A stretch of 64,000 nucleotides of DNA from an uncultured Dehalococcoidia bacterium. Its GTDB lineage: Bacteria > Chloroflexota > Dehalococcoidia > DSTF01 > RBG-16-68-14. Positions 18,104-27,378 of this stretch are shown here, in pieces (position 1 is the first letter of the stretch; every line of letters begins with the position of its first letter). The stretch is taken from contig CAYQLM010000003.1 in the NCBI GenBank assembly GCA_964418365.1, forward strand, positions 150-64,149, written 5' to 3'. The position numbers and the translations under genes were made by a program. The notes under the pieces were generated by a model that was not told where the DNA came from, did no database searches, and was given only the letters and a program-made list of their open reading frames with translations.

Positions 18104-20001
18104 TGTCGGTCTACGTGCTCGTTGGCGGGTTACGGCGGTGGCTGGCCGGCGCCGTGCCCTTCGCCCCCGCGATTTCATCGCGCACGCTGCGCGCTGGATT
18201 CTTCGCCAGCCTGATCGCGTACGCCGCGCTCAAGATCGCCGGCGTTTTCGTCCACCTGCCGCCCGCCGTCGACCTCGCGATTGCTCCGGCCGGTCTCTGC
18301 GCGCTCGGGCTCACGTTGAACGGCCGCGTGAGCGAAGCCGTCGACGATGCGGCGCAAGCGCTCCGTCCGGCGCTGCTCGCTTGCGCGGTGCTCGTCGCGT
18401 TCACCGCGACGTACATCGCGCTGAACACCGTGCCGATGACCTCCGCCCAGGACGAAAGCGCGATCATCAACGGCGCGCACGAGCTGGCGACGAGCGGCTC
18501 CCTGCGCGTGACTGACTCGCTGAACGACAAGTACCGGACGAACATCGTCGGTGCGCTGGACGTGACCTACCGCACGCCCACCGACATGTACCATCGGGTG
18601 TTTCCGGGCACTGCTCTCTCCTACGCGCCGTTCGCGCAGCTCCCTGGCGACTCGGGGTACTACGCCTACACCGCGCTCTTCGCCACGGCGGCGATCGTCG
18701 CGCTGTATCTGCTCGCCTGGAAGCTGCTCCGGTCGTGGTGGGCCGCAGCGCTCGCCGCGCTCGTGTTCGCCGTCTCGCCGGCGTTCGGCCACTGGGCGAG
18801 CACGGTCTACAACAACGTTCCCGTGCTCAGCCTCGAGCTGGGCGCGCTCGCGCTCGTGCTCTGGTCGACCCCGGCGAGGGGCTGGCAGCTCGCCCTCGCC
18901 GGCATCCTCATGACGCTGGCGGTCTTCATGCGTGTCACGGAGTTCATCTTCGTGCCACCGATGCTTTTCCTCGTCTGGTGGCGTTGCCGCTCCTTGGCAC
19001 GGTGCCTTCCGTTCGCGGCCACGGCGTTCGCCTCTATTCCGCTCGTGCTCGTGACGAACGCGATCTTCTTTCACAGCCCCGTCTTCTTCCCGCACGTCGG
19101 TTCCGGCTACCTGTCGCTCGAACCGAGCACTGGTCCGACCAACAGCCAAGGCCTCGTCGAGCGGTACTTCCTCTACGTCATCGGCGTGAGCGGCTCCTCG
19201 TCCAATTTCCACCCGACGCAGAAGGTGCACAACCTCTTCTTCCATATCCGCTACCTCGGCTCATCGACGTTCGCCTTCCCGTTCCTTGCGCTCGCGTTCG
19301 CCGGCCTCGTGTGGTGGGTGGCATCCCGGCGCCGGAACGCCCGGTTGCTTGCGCTGCTCGTGAGCGCGACCGTGCTGGCGATCCTGTTCCTGTACGGGCA
19401 TCAGCACAACAACTACTATGGCTACGGCCTGCCGATCGCACGTTCATCGTTCGTGCGCTACTCGCTGCCGATCTACGCGCTACTTGCCATCGCCGCCGGA
19501 GCGTTCTTCTGGGAGACGTCCCGCCTCTGGCGACCGAACGCCGCTGCGACGCGCTCTGCCGTTCTGGCGATGGTCGCCGTCGTCGGGATGGTTGGCGTCG
19601 CGCAATCGTACGATTGGCACGTGTACGGCTTCAATCGCCTGAACTACGCGCGCGAGCACGACCGGCAGGCCTGGCAGAAGATGGACAGCTACCTACAAGG
19701 CGACCAGCCGGTGATGCTCATCGTCGGTCCCAACTCAATGAAGCTCATCAACAGCGCCGACTATCCGGACACGATCAACTACGGCATCCTCGAGCAGACC
19801 AGTTGGGACCAGTCGCTGTTTCCCGTAGTAACGCAGTCGCTCGAAGACCGGCACGTCTACCTGATCATCTCCGCCATACAGCCGGAATCGGCTGCCGCCT
19901 TCGCTGCCTTCGACAAGCGTTTCTCCCTGAACGAGGTGATCCACAAGGGCAGTTGGGCCCTCTACAACATCGAGCAGCCGATCTATGAGGCGTCGCCATG
20001 A
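18103..20001 (+). CDS. GT-C-fold polytopic membrane glycosyltransferase candidate (paralog 2 of tandem pair)
   Basis: 632 aa. Loop-1 motif TSAQDESAIINGAHELATSGSLR. TAATG overlap with the upstream paralog. Confidence 0.55.
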   Translation: MSVYVLVGGLRRWLAGAVPFAPAISSRTLRAGFFASLIAYAALKIAGVFVHLPPAVDLAIAPAGLCALGLTLNGRVSEAVDDAAQALRPALLACAVLVAFTATYIALNTVPMTSAQDESAIINGAHELATSGSLRVTDSLNDKYRTNIVGALDVTYRTPTDMYHRVFPGTALSYAPFAQLPGDSGYYAYTALFATAAIVALYLLAWKLLRSWWAAALAALVFAVSPAFGHWASTVYNNVPVLSLELGALALVLWSTPARGWQLALAGILMTLAVFMRVTEFIFVPPMLFLVWWRCRSLARCLPFAATAFASIPLVLVTNAIFFHSPVFFPHVGSGYLSLEPSTGPTNSQGLVERYFLYVIGVSGSSSNFHPTQKVHNLFFHIRYLGSSTFAFPFLALAFAGLVWWVASRRRNARLLALLVSATVLAILFLYGHQHNNYYGYGLPIARSSFVRYSLPIYALLAIAAGAFFWETSRLWRPNAAATRSAVLAMVAVVGMVGVAQSYDWHVYGFNRLNYAREHDRQAWQKMDSYLQGDQPVMLIVGPNSMKLINSADYPDTINYGILEQTSWDQSLFPVVTQSLEDRHVYLIISAIQPESAAAFAAFDKRFSLNEVIHKGSWALYNIEQPIYEASP

Positions 20002-20041
20002 GCGTCCAGCACGTGACGCAGCGCTACGGGGCAACGGGCTG

Positions 20042-20833
20042 ATGTCAATGCTCGATAGTGCTCTCGCCGCGAGACGCACGTTCGTCTCGTCGTATGAGTA
20101 CGCGGTTTATCGCACGGTCGGCATCCTCAACGTCGTTCGCTGGCTGGAATGGCCCGCGATCGAACGATGGACGGCGATCCAGCCCCAGGAACGTCTCCTC
20201 GATGCCGCGTGCGGCCGCGGTTCGCTAACGTTTCGTCTGGCCAAGCGCACCCGGGCGGCATATGGCTTCGACATTTCGGCTCAAGCGATACGCCGGGCGC
20301 GCCGGGTCGCGGAGCGAGCCGGAAGCAGCACGCGGTTCGCCACTGCCAGCGCTGAGCATCTGCCGTTCAAGACGGAGTCGTTCGACAAGATCGTTTCCAG
20401 CTCCTCACTTGAGCACTTCCGTGACGGCGAGCTGGCGATAGCCGAAATGGCGCGAGTCCTGAGGACCGGCGGAACACTGGTCCTCACGACGGACAACCTC
20501 CAATCGCTCGCCGATGAGCTTCGCGAGCAGCACCGCAAGGCCTCGTCGGTGTCGCACTACTACACAGAGGATGAGCTGCTGGCGAGCCTTCGCCAATTCT
20601 TGGATGTCCGCCGGACGCGGTACCTGATCAACTCGCCGGTTTCGAAGTTCTTCTATCGGATTGGCGTTCGCCTCGATTGGGGAGGGACGCTGGCGAAGAT
20701 GCTGGTCTGGCTTCCTTTGTGTTTTATCGCCTATCCTAGCTCTCTGGTGGCGGATGCCCTGTTCGGGTCACCCTGGGACGGGTATACCTTCATGGTCGAG
20801 GCTTTGAAGACGCAGCCGGTAGTTCGCTCATGA
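20042..20833 (+). CDS. Class I SAM-dependent methyltransferase
   Basis: Motif I LLDAACGRGSLTFRLAKR, then FDKIVSSSSLEHF and VLRTGGTLVLTTDN. Start chosen at MSMLDS; the ORF-track start at 19985 overlaps the upstream gene. Confidence 0.7.
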   Translation: MSMLDSALAARRTFVSSYEYAVYRTVGILNVVRWLEWPAIERWTAIQPQERLLDAACGRGSLTFRLAKRTRAAYGFDISAQAIRRARRVAERAGSSTRFATASAEHLPFKTESFDKIVSSSSLEHFRDGELAIAEMARVLRTGGTLVLTTDNLQSLADELREQHRKASSVSHYYTEDELLASLRQFLDVRRTRYLINSPVSKFFYRIGVRLDWGGTLAKMLVWLPLCFIAYPSSLVADALFGSPWDGYTFMVEALKTQPVVRS

Positions 20834-21984
20834 GCACTGCTATGCGCGTCCTGCAGGTCATCGACGGGCTTCCTCCCGAACAGTGGGGCGGCGCCGAGCA
20901 GTTCTGCCTTGCCCTCACTGCGTGGTTGACGGCCCACGAAGCGCATGTGGACATCGCTGCGCCGGCGCGAGCACAGCGCAACGGCACAACTGGAGGTTTG
21001 TCGCTCCACAGGGTGCATTCGAAGTATCTCAGGAAGGCCTACTTCGATCTCTTCTCGCCCGGGAACGCGCGCCGGCTCTCGGCGATCATCGGGCGCGTAG
21101 AACCCGATGTCGTTCACTTCCACAACCTGCTGGGAATCTCATCTCAGCTTGTCGACGTCGCGGCTCAGGTGCGTCCGGCGGTTGTAACCCTGCACGGATA
21201 CGGCTTCGTAGAGCTGTTCAACCCAATCGTCGATCGCGACGGGCTGCGCTTTCCCAGACAGCGCGCCGCGCTCCTGCCCTGGCAGTGGTTCTCGCGAAGC
21301 GTGCATCGCAGGCACCTGGCGAACGCTACGCTCGTCTCGCCCAGCCGGTATCTCGCGCGCTACCACGAATCTCAGGGCTTCGGCACGGTGCGCGTCATAC
21401 CAAACGGTGTCTCGCTTCCGGAAGAAGCCACCGCTGGCGAGGCGCGCATGCTCTTCGTCGGCCGCCTCAGCCCTGAAAAGGGGTTGCAGCGCGTCCTCGG
21501 TCCGATGGAACGTGTAGCGAATGAACACGGCTGGCAGGTCGACGTCGTAGGCGACGGTCCGCTGCTCTCCAGGCTGCAGCCCGCGTTCCCATCTGTTCGC
21601 TTTCACGGCCGGACGGACCCGGCCCCGCACTACCGGCGCGCGGGCATCGTCGTCATGCCATCGCTCTGGCCGGAGAACTTCGGATACGTCGCTCTCGAAG
21701 CGATGAGCTACGGCGCGCCCGTGCTCGCCACGAACGTGGGCGGCATACCTGAGATTGTGGAGGATGGCGTCACCGGCCGGCTCTTCGATCCGAACGATGT
21801 TGGACAGTTCACTGCCCGGCTTCGCGAACTCGTCCTAGACCCGGGCGCCCGCGCGCGCCTCGGCCGGACCGCGCGAGAACGGATCGCGCGAGAGTTCTCG
21901 TGGGACACGATAGGCCCGCGTTATCTTGCGCTCTACGAAGAGCTGACGGCTAGACGCGCGTCACCGAGCGTAGCCAGCCAATGA
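20830..21984 (+). CDS. Family 4 glycosyltransferase (GT-B)
   Basis: 384 aa. MRVLQVIDGLPPEQWGGAEQ N-terminus; C-terminal RMLFVGRLSPEKGLQ...PSLWPENFGYVALEAMSYGAPVLATNVGGIPEIV contains the EX7E motif. Confidence 0.8.
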   Translation: MSTAMRVLQVIDGLPPEQWGGAEQFCLALTAWLTAHEAHVDIAAPARAQRNGTTGGLSLHRVHSKYLRKAYFDLFSPGNARRLSAIIGRVEPDVVHFHNLLGISSQLVDVAAQVRPAVVTLHGYGFVELFNPIVDRDGLRFPRQRAALLPWQWFSRSVHRRHLANATLVSPSRYLARYHESQGFGTVRVIPNGVSLPEEATAGEARMLFVGRLSPEKGLQRVLGPMERVANEHGWQVDVVGDGPLLSRLQPAFPSVRFHGRTDPAPHYRRAGIVVMPSLWPENFGYVALEAMSYGAPVLATNVGGIPEIVEDGVTGRLFDPNDVGQFTARLRELVLDPGARARLGRTARERIAREFSWDTIGPRYLALYEELTARRASPSVASQ

Positions 21985-23252
21985 GCGAGCACTCGATCCT
22001 CATCGTCAGGAACCGCATCCCCTACCCCGTGGAGATCGGCAGCGATGCGGTAGGTCTTGCGTTGCTGCGCGTCCTCCAGAGCGCCTTCGCCGTGACGCTT
22101 GTCGCCGTCGACGACGAGGAGCGCACCGCTAAAGGCGTGGAGCACCTCCGCGCGCTGGGCATCGAGGTCATGCTGGCGCCGCGCGATCGCGGTGTGGCGA
22201 CGCACGCGAGCGTCGCGGGCGCGGTCGTGCGCAATACTCGGCTCCTCTTCGGAGGAACGGCGCGCAACCTTCAATCACAAACGTCGCGATCGCTCGAGCC
22301 GCTGCTCGATGAGCTGACCAGACTGCGCCGGTTCGCGCTCGCTCAGCTTGACTACTGGACGACGGCACGCTATCGACGCTTCGTGCACAGCCCGGCGGCG
22401 CTGCTCAATTACGACGCCTGGTTCCGGACCGTGGACGCGTTCGCCCGCTACGAGCGTTCGCCGCTCGCCAGGCTCCTCTGGCAGCTAGAGGCGCGCGCTG
22501 TCCGCCGGTACGAGAGGGCCGCGCAGGGCCTGTTCGAATGGCGCCTCTTCTTAAGCGAGGAGGACCGCCGCGAGCTCATTCCCGCGAACGATGCGCCTCG
22601 CAGCGCGGTGCTGCCCGTGCCGTTTCCGTTCGAGCCGGCAGATGCGCTGTCCCTCGACGCGCATCGAACAGCACCGGTCGTCCTCTTTGTGGGCGCGATG
22701 AACGTCGAGTTCAACGTCGACGCCGTCTGCTACTTCGTCGAGCGGATCTGGCCGGACGTGCGGGGGGCCGTCCCGGAGGCCGCGTTTGTCATCGCAGGGC
22801 GCCTCCCGTCCAAGCGCGTCCAGCGCCTGGCGCGCGAGCCGGGCGTCCGCGTCGATGGCGAACCCGACCTCGACCGCCTCCTGCGCGAGAGCCAAGTGGC
22901 CGTTTCGCCCGCGCGCATGGGGACGGGCATCAAGGTGAAGGTGGCCCAGATGATGGCGGCCGGGCTGCCGGTGGTCGGGACACCGCAAGGGTTGTCCGGC
23001 CTGAGCCACGCGGACTGCCTCCTGCGCGCGACCGACGCCCTCGCGTTCGCGGAGCATGTCGTGCGGTTGCTGCGGGACCAGCCGCATCGCGAGCAGATCG
23101 GCCGCGCGTGCCACGCCTTCTACCGGGAGCAGCTCTGGATGGAGGCTGCCCGGCCGAAGGTGATCGCGCTATACCGCCACATGATCGAGCAGCTCGAGCA
23201 AGCAATGCCCGCGCGTACGGCGGCGCCTCCCGCGGTTCGGGGCGCGGTGTAA
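21981..23252 (+). CDS. Glycosyltransferase, GT-B fold (GT4-like)
   Basis: 423 aa. C-terminal VVLFVGAMNVEFNVDAV...VIAGRLPS...SPARMGTGIKVKVAQMMAAGLPVVGT is a glycosyl transferase group 1 domain. Confidence 0.7.
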   Translation: MSEHSILIVRNRIPYPVEIGSDAVGLALLRVLQSAFAVTLVAVDDEERTAKGVEHLRALGIEVMLAPRDRGVATHASVAGAVVRNTRLLFGGTARNLQSQTSRSLEPLLDELTRLRRFALAQLDYWTTARYRRFVHSPAALLNYDAWFRTVDAFARYERSPLARLLWQLEARAVRRYERAAQGLFEWRLFLSEEDRRELIPANDAPRSAVLPVPFPFEPADALSLDAHRTAPVVLFVGAMNVEFNVDAVCYFVERIWPDVRGAVPEAAFVIAGRLPSKRVQRLAREPGVRVDGEPDLDRLLRESQVAVSPARMGTGIKVKVAQMMAAGLPVVGTPQGLSGLSHADCLLRATDALAFAEHVVRLLRDQPHREQIGRACHAFYREQLWMEAARPKVIALYRHMIEQLEQAMPARTAAPPAVRGAV

Positions 23253-23265
23253 CCTGAGACACAGC

Positions 23266-24738
23266 ATGCTACGCATAAGGACGCTCACCAGGCACGCGAA
23301 GGAACACCGGCTGCTCGCCGGCATTGGCGCGAACCTGATTGCGGAGCTCGCGCGCGCCGCGATGTTGCCGCTGATCGCCATCGCCGCTGCGCGCTACCTC
23401 GGGTCGGAGGGGTACGGCATCTTCGCGACGGGACAAGCGCTCCAAGCCTTCGCGGCGATATTCGGCGGCTTTGGGCTCTTGTACGCCATTCTGCAGCTCG
23501 GCGCGCGGGGAGAAGAGGAGCTGCCGGTGCTGTTGAGCAACAGCATCGTCGGCGCATTAGGTACAACGCTCGTCGCGTACGCCGCGCTCGCGGGTTGGGT
23601 CTATCTGTTCGACTACAGCCACACGGTGCGCGTCGTCGTCCTGGTGATGGGGACGGCGCTCTTCCCCATGGCGCTCAACGTGCAGTTCGGGGCGGCGCTT
23701 CAGGTGCGCGGCCGCTACACCGCGATCGCGATCGGCGGCGTTGTCGCCGCCGTCGCGAACGTGGCCTACGCGCTCACCGTCGTGCTGGCCGATCTGGGGA
23801 TCACGATGCTGGCGCTGTCGCCGTTCATCGCCAGCACGGCGATGTCGGTCTTCACCGCCTGGCTACTCCGGAACGACTTCTCTCTCCGCATCAGCCCCGC
23901 CCGGATCCAGTCGTTGTTCCGCACCGGCTTTCTCTTCGGCGTCAGTGACTTCCTCTATTTCATCTACCTCAGCATCGATCTCGTGATGCTATCGCTGCTG
24001 GTGGGAGCCCGTCAGGTGGGTTTGTACAACATTCCGGTGCGCATGCTGGTCGTTGCATACCTCTTACCGATCGTGGTCTTCAACCGCGTGCTCTACCCAC
24101 GCTATTTCGAGTGGAGCCAGGTCGATCGAGAGCGGCTGCGGCGCACCTACGTCCTGACGTCGAAGGGCGTTTTGTTCATCGGCATGCTGGCGGCGACGGC
24201 CCTCGTGCTCCTGGCCGATCCGTTCGTGCCCAAGGTCTTCGGCGGTTCGTTCCAGGAGTCCGCGCTGCTGCTGCGCATCCTGGCGCTGGCGTTGCCGCTG
24301 CGCTATCTCTCCGGCTCGGCGTCCGCCGTGCTTGCCACGAACGATAAGATCGGCACGCGGGTGCGCGTTCAGGCGGCGACGGCGGCGCTCAACCTGGCGC
24401 TCTGCTTCATTCTGATCCCAACGCTGAAGGCGCGCGGCGCGTCGATTGAGACCGTGATCACCGAGGCGTTCCTGCTCGTCGCGCAGGTCGCCATCGTGCG
24501 CTGGCAGGTGCTCGACACGGATCTTGTGAAAGAGGCGCGGCTGTGGCTCTTCGCGCTTCCGTATGCCGCACTCAGCGTTGCCACGTTGGGCCCGGAACAC
24601 CCGCTGGTCTTCACTGCAGCCGCCATCGTTGCCGTCGGCAGCCTCGCGATCATCGCGTGGCCGCTTAAGTATTTCGATGGACTGAGCTTGCCGCAGATCA
24701 CGCGGCCAGCGGAAGCTGAGCACGCGCGTCTCGCCTAG
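23266..24738 (+). CDS. Oligosaccharide/polysaccharide flippase (Wzx-like, MOP superfamily)
   Basis: 490 aa, ~12-14 TM helices, typical polysaccharide-biosynthesis-protein organisation. Last gene of the plus operon. Confidence 0.7.
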   Translation: MLRIRTLTRHAKEHRLLAGIGANLIAELARAAMLPLIAIAAARYLGSEGYGIFATGQALQAFAAIFGGFGLLYAILQLGARGEEELPVLLSNSIVGALGTTLVAYAALAGWVYLFDYSHTVRVVVLVMGTALFPMALNVQFGAALQVRGRYTAIAIGGVVAAVANVAYALTVVLADLGITMLALSPFIASTAMSVFTAWLLRNDFSLRISPARIQSLFRTGFLFGVSDFLYFIYLSIDLVMLSLLVGARQVGLYNIPVRMLVVAYLLPIVVFNRVLYPRYFEWSQVDRERLRRTYVLTSKGVLFIGMLAATALVLLADPFVPKVFGGSFQESALLLRILALALPLRYLSGSASAVLATNDKIGTRVRVQAATAALNLALCFILIPTLKARGASIETVITEAFLLVAQVAIVRWQVLDTDLVKEARLWLFALPYAALSVATLGPEHPLVFTAAAIVAVGSLAIIAWPLKYFDGLSLPQITRPAEAEHARLA

Positions 24739-24842
24739 CCGAGCCGTAGTTTCTCAAGGACGCCGCGCGCCGTCCGGCGCATCAGCCTCACGTCCGTCAG
24801 TCCGGCTACGCTCTCGACGAACTTCGGGCTGCCCCGCGTGAG

Positions 24843-25784
24843 CTAACCGCTCGGCGCTTCGCGCAGCCAGCGGGGCAGATCTCGCTGTCCGTAGCGCCCG
24901 CGCAGCGCGTCGGCGGCGCCCGTCAGGCTGGCGACCGAGATGCGCCACTTCCCGCGCAGCAGCCAGCGCCGGCCGAGGACCAGCCCCAGTGTCATTCTCG
25001 GAGCGCGCCGCAACATCGTGAGCAGCCCGCCACGGCCTGACCAGCGCGCAAACAAGAGCCAGTTGCGCACGAAGTAGTACTGCCCTTGCGCGCTCGTCGT
25101 CAGCACTGACGCGCCGACGACATGCCAGATGTGTGGCCGGCACGCGTGGCCTACCTGCCAGCCGGCCCTCCGCGCGCGCGCGCAGAACTCGACGTCTTCC
25201 CAGTAGTGGAAGAAGCGTTCGTTTAGCAATCCGATCTCACGTACCATCGCAGCGTCGAGCAGCATGCTGCTGCCGGCAAGATCGTCCACCAAGTGGAACG
25301 GCTCCTGGCCGGACTCCTCTGGACAAGCGGTCACGCCTCGATACTCGCCGTGCCAGACGAACGCCGCCGGCTCCATGGACGCCTCGCCGTCCGCCGGCGG
25401 CCGCCAGACGGAGGGACCGACGATACCCAACCGTTCATGCGCGCGGGCGGCATCGACAAGCTGTGTCAGCGTGTCGGGCTCCACTTCCACGTCGTTGTTC
25501 AGCAGCCAGACGTAGGCCGGGTCATGCTCCAGCGCGGCCCTAATGCCGGCGTTGGCTCCGCCTGCGAAGCCGAGGTTCGCTCCCGTCTCGATGATGTTCA
25601 TCGCCGGTAACGCGGCGCGGATGCGTTCGACTGAGTCGTCGTGCGAACCGTTATCGACGGTGACCACCTGGTTGTCGGGATAGTCGAGCGCCTGCAACGA
25701 CTTCAGGCAGCGCACGGTGTGCTGCCACCCGTTCCAGTTCACAACAACGATATAGACGCGCGGCCGATCGCCCATTCGACGCAA
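24843..25784 (-). CDS. Family 2 glycosyltransferase (rhamnosyltransferase-like, WbbL-type)
   Basis: 313 aa. VYIVVVNWNGWQHTVRCLKSL...VVTVDNGSHDDS...ANLGFAGGANAGI...LLNNDVEV. Confidence 0.8.
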   Translation of the reverse strand: MRRMGDRPRVYIVVVNWNGWQHTVRCLKSLQALDYPDNQVVTVDNGSHDDSVERIRAALPAMNIIETGANLGFAGGANAGIRAALEHDPAYVWLLNNDVEVEPDTLTQLVDAARAHERLGIVGPSVWRPPADGEASMEPAAFVWHGEYRGVTACPEESGQEPFHLVDDLAGSSMLLDAAMVREIGLLNERFFHYWEDVEFCARARRAGWQVGHACRPHIWHVVGASVLTTSAQGQYYFVRNWLLFARWSGRGGLLTMLRRAPRMTLGLVLGRRWLLRGKWRISVASLTGAADALRGRYGQRDLPRWLREAPSG

Positions 25785-25801
25785 TCCTACAGCACGGCGA
25801 A

Positions 25802-27295
25802 TCAGTGGCGTCGCTCGAAGGTGAAGAGGCGGTCCCGTGGGTCGAGCATTGCCTCGACCTGCGCCGCGTTCCAGAATGGAGGCTCCTTCAGCGGCACGGA
25901 TCTGACCTCGACCTTGCCGTAGTACAGCTCGACGAGCCGGTCCAGTGGGGCATCGCTGAAGATGACGAGATTGTACGGTGTGTTGACGACGTAGAGCGTT
26001 CCGCCGGAGGGAAGCGTGGCGAATTGGTCGCGGAGGTCGGTGATGAACTGGTGGTTGGCGTCAGAGGCTTTGGAGATCGTGTTGTCTGGTGGAGGCGCAG
26101 TCTTGGAAGCGATGTCTTGGAGTTTCCACACCAGCAGCGCGCCCAGCACCACGGCAGCCAGGCCCACGTACGGAGGCATTGCGCGGGCCGGCGCGAAGAG
26201 CCGCCTCATGGAGGCTGTAGACGCAAGATCGACCAGGCGCATGGCCACCGCCGTCACGATCAACGCCAGCGGCAACCCGGGTAGGTATAGGAGTCGCCCA
26301 AACACCCCTAAGATCAGCGTCGAATCGGGGGCGAGTGCGCTGATGTACCAGACGACGGCAAAGGCGGCCAACGGCGACCAGCGCCACTGTGTGAGGAGAA
26401 ACGCGCAGAAGGTGAACATGACGGCCGAGACATAGGGCGCCGTACTATCGAGCGGGCTCACTGGATAAGCAGAAAGGCTGAAGTATGCGACATACTTGTC
26501 GTACATGTGCCAGCCGATCTGGAAGCCGAGGGAGAGGTGTGCATAGTGCCTGTGCACCCACTCCTGGATCGCAACATACGGAAGGAACACGAGCGCGACC
26601 GGGAGGAATGGGAGCCAGGACGTTGGCTGCAGCGCTTGGCGTGGCCCGCGATGCATGAGGAAATACCAGGCAACGAGTGCCACGACGAGCGGCACCGTTA
26701 CCGCGTGATATAACAAGGCGGCCGCAAATGCGGCGAGAAACGCACCGTAGTACCAGAAGCGGCGAGGTCCGCCGTCGGTGTACTTGATGAAGAGAAGGAA
26801 GGCGGCGAGATAGCAGAACACCGCCAGCGGTGTGTTGCCGTTGACCACCCAGCGCACCGCATCGCCATAGGCGAAATGAACGCCGAAGATGAGCGCGGCC
26901 AAGTGCGCGGCCCAGACACGTTGCGTCAGCCGCTGCGCCAGCATCCAAAACAGAGCAACGCAGCCGAGGTGCACGGCCAGATTGAACGCGTGATACGGCG
27001 CAGCGTGGAGCCCGAACAGCGAATACTCCGCGCGAAAAGTGATCACGTAGAGAGGCCGGTACTCGTTGAACTCAGGGGTGGGACGCGGATCGCGGTAATC
27101 GAAGACGTGGGCGAGCCAGGTATGCCAGGGGACGGTCTGCGCGCGGCGGAGGAATAGGAAGTCGTCCCCGAAGAACCAATCGTTCAAGGAGGGCGCATAG
27201 AGGACGAAGGTAAACAGCAGGATCGCGGCGAGACCTGCCGCGGGCGAAAGCAGCAGCTCCCAAGTGGTGGCGGGGAGCCGCGTTAATCGATTCAA
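25802..27295 (-). CDS. GT-C-fold polytopic membrane glycosyltransferase candidate
   Basis: ~498 aa from a TTG start near 27295 (start uncertain). The ORF-track 5' extension to 28063 overlaps the acyltransferase gene and is not coding. Loop-1 YAPSLNDWFFGDDFLFLRRAQ has a DD motif; ~12 TM helices. A TATTATACT -10-like element and GAAAGGAG lie just upstream. Confidence 0.5.
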   Translation of the reverse strand: MNRLTRLPATTWELLLSPAAGLAAILLFTFVLYAPSLNDWFFGDDFLFLRRAQTVPWHTWLAHVFDYRDPRPTPEFNEYRPLYVITFRAEYSLFGLHAAPYHAFNLAVHLGCVALFWMLAQRLTQRVWAAHLAALIFGVHFAYGDAVRWVVNGNTPLAVFCYLAAFLLFIKYTDGGPRRFWYYGAFLAAFAAALLYHAVTVPLVVALVAWYFLMHRGPRQALQPTSWLPFLPVALVFLPYVAIQEWVHRHYAHLSLGFQIGWHMYDKYVAYFSLSAYPVSPLDSTAPYVSAVMFTFCAFLLTQWRWSPLAAFAVVWYISALAPDSTLILGVFGRLLYLPGLPLALIVTAVAMRLVDLASTASMRRLFAPARAMPPYVGLAAVVLGALLVWKLQDIASKTAPPPDNTISKASDANHQFITDLRDQFATLPSGGTLYVVNTPYNLVIFSDAPLDRLVELYYGKVEVRSVPLKEPPFWNAAQVEAMLDPRDRLFTFERRH

Positions 27296-27378
27296 GGCAA
27301 GGGCTCGCGCCAGGGTGCTCGGTCTCCTTTCACTGGTAGCAAGTATAATAGGCGCGCGTCGTTGAGGGCGCTGGCGTC

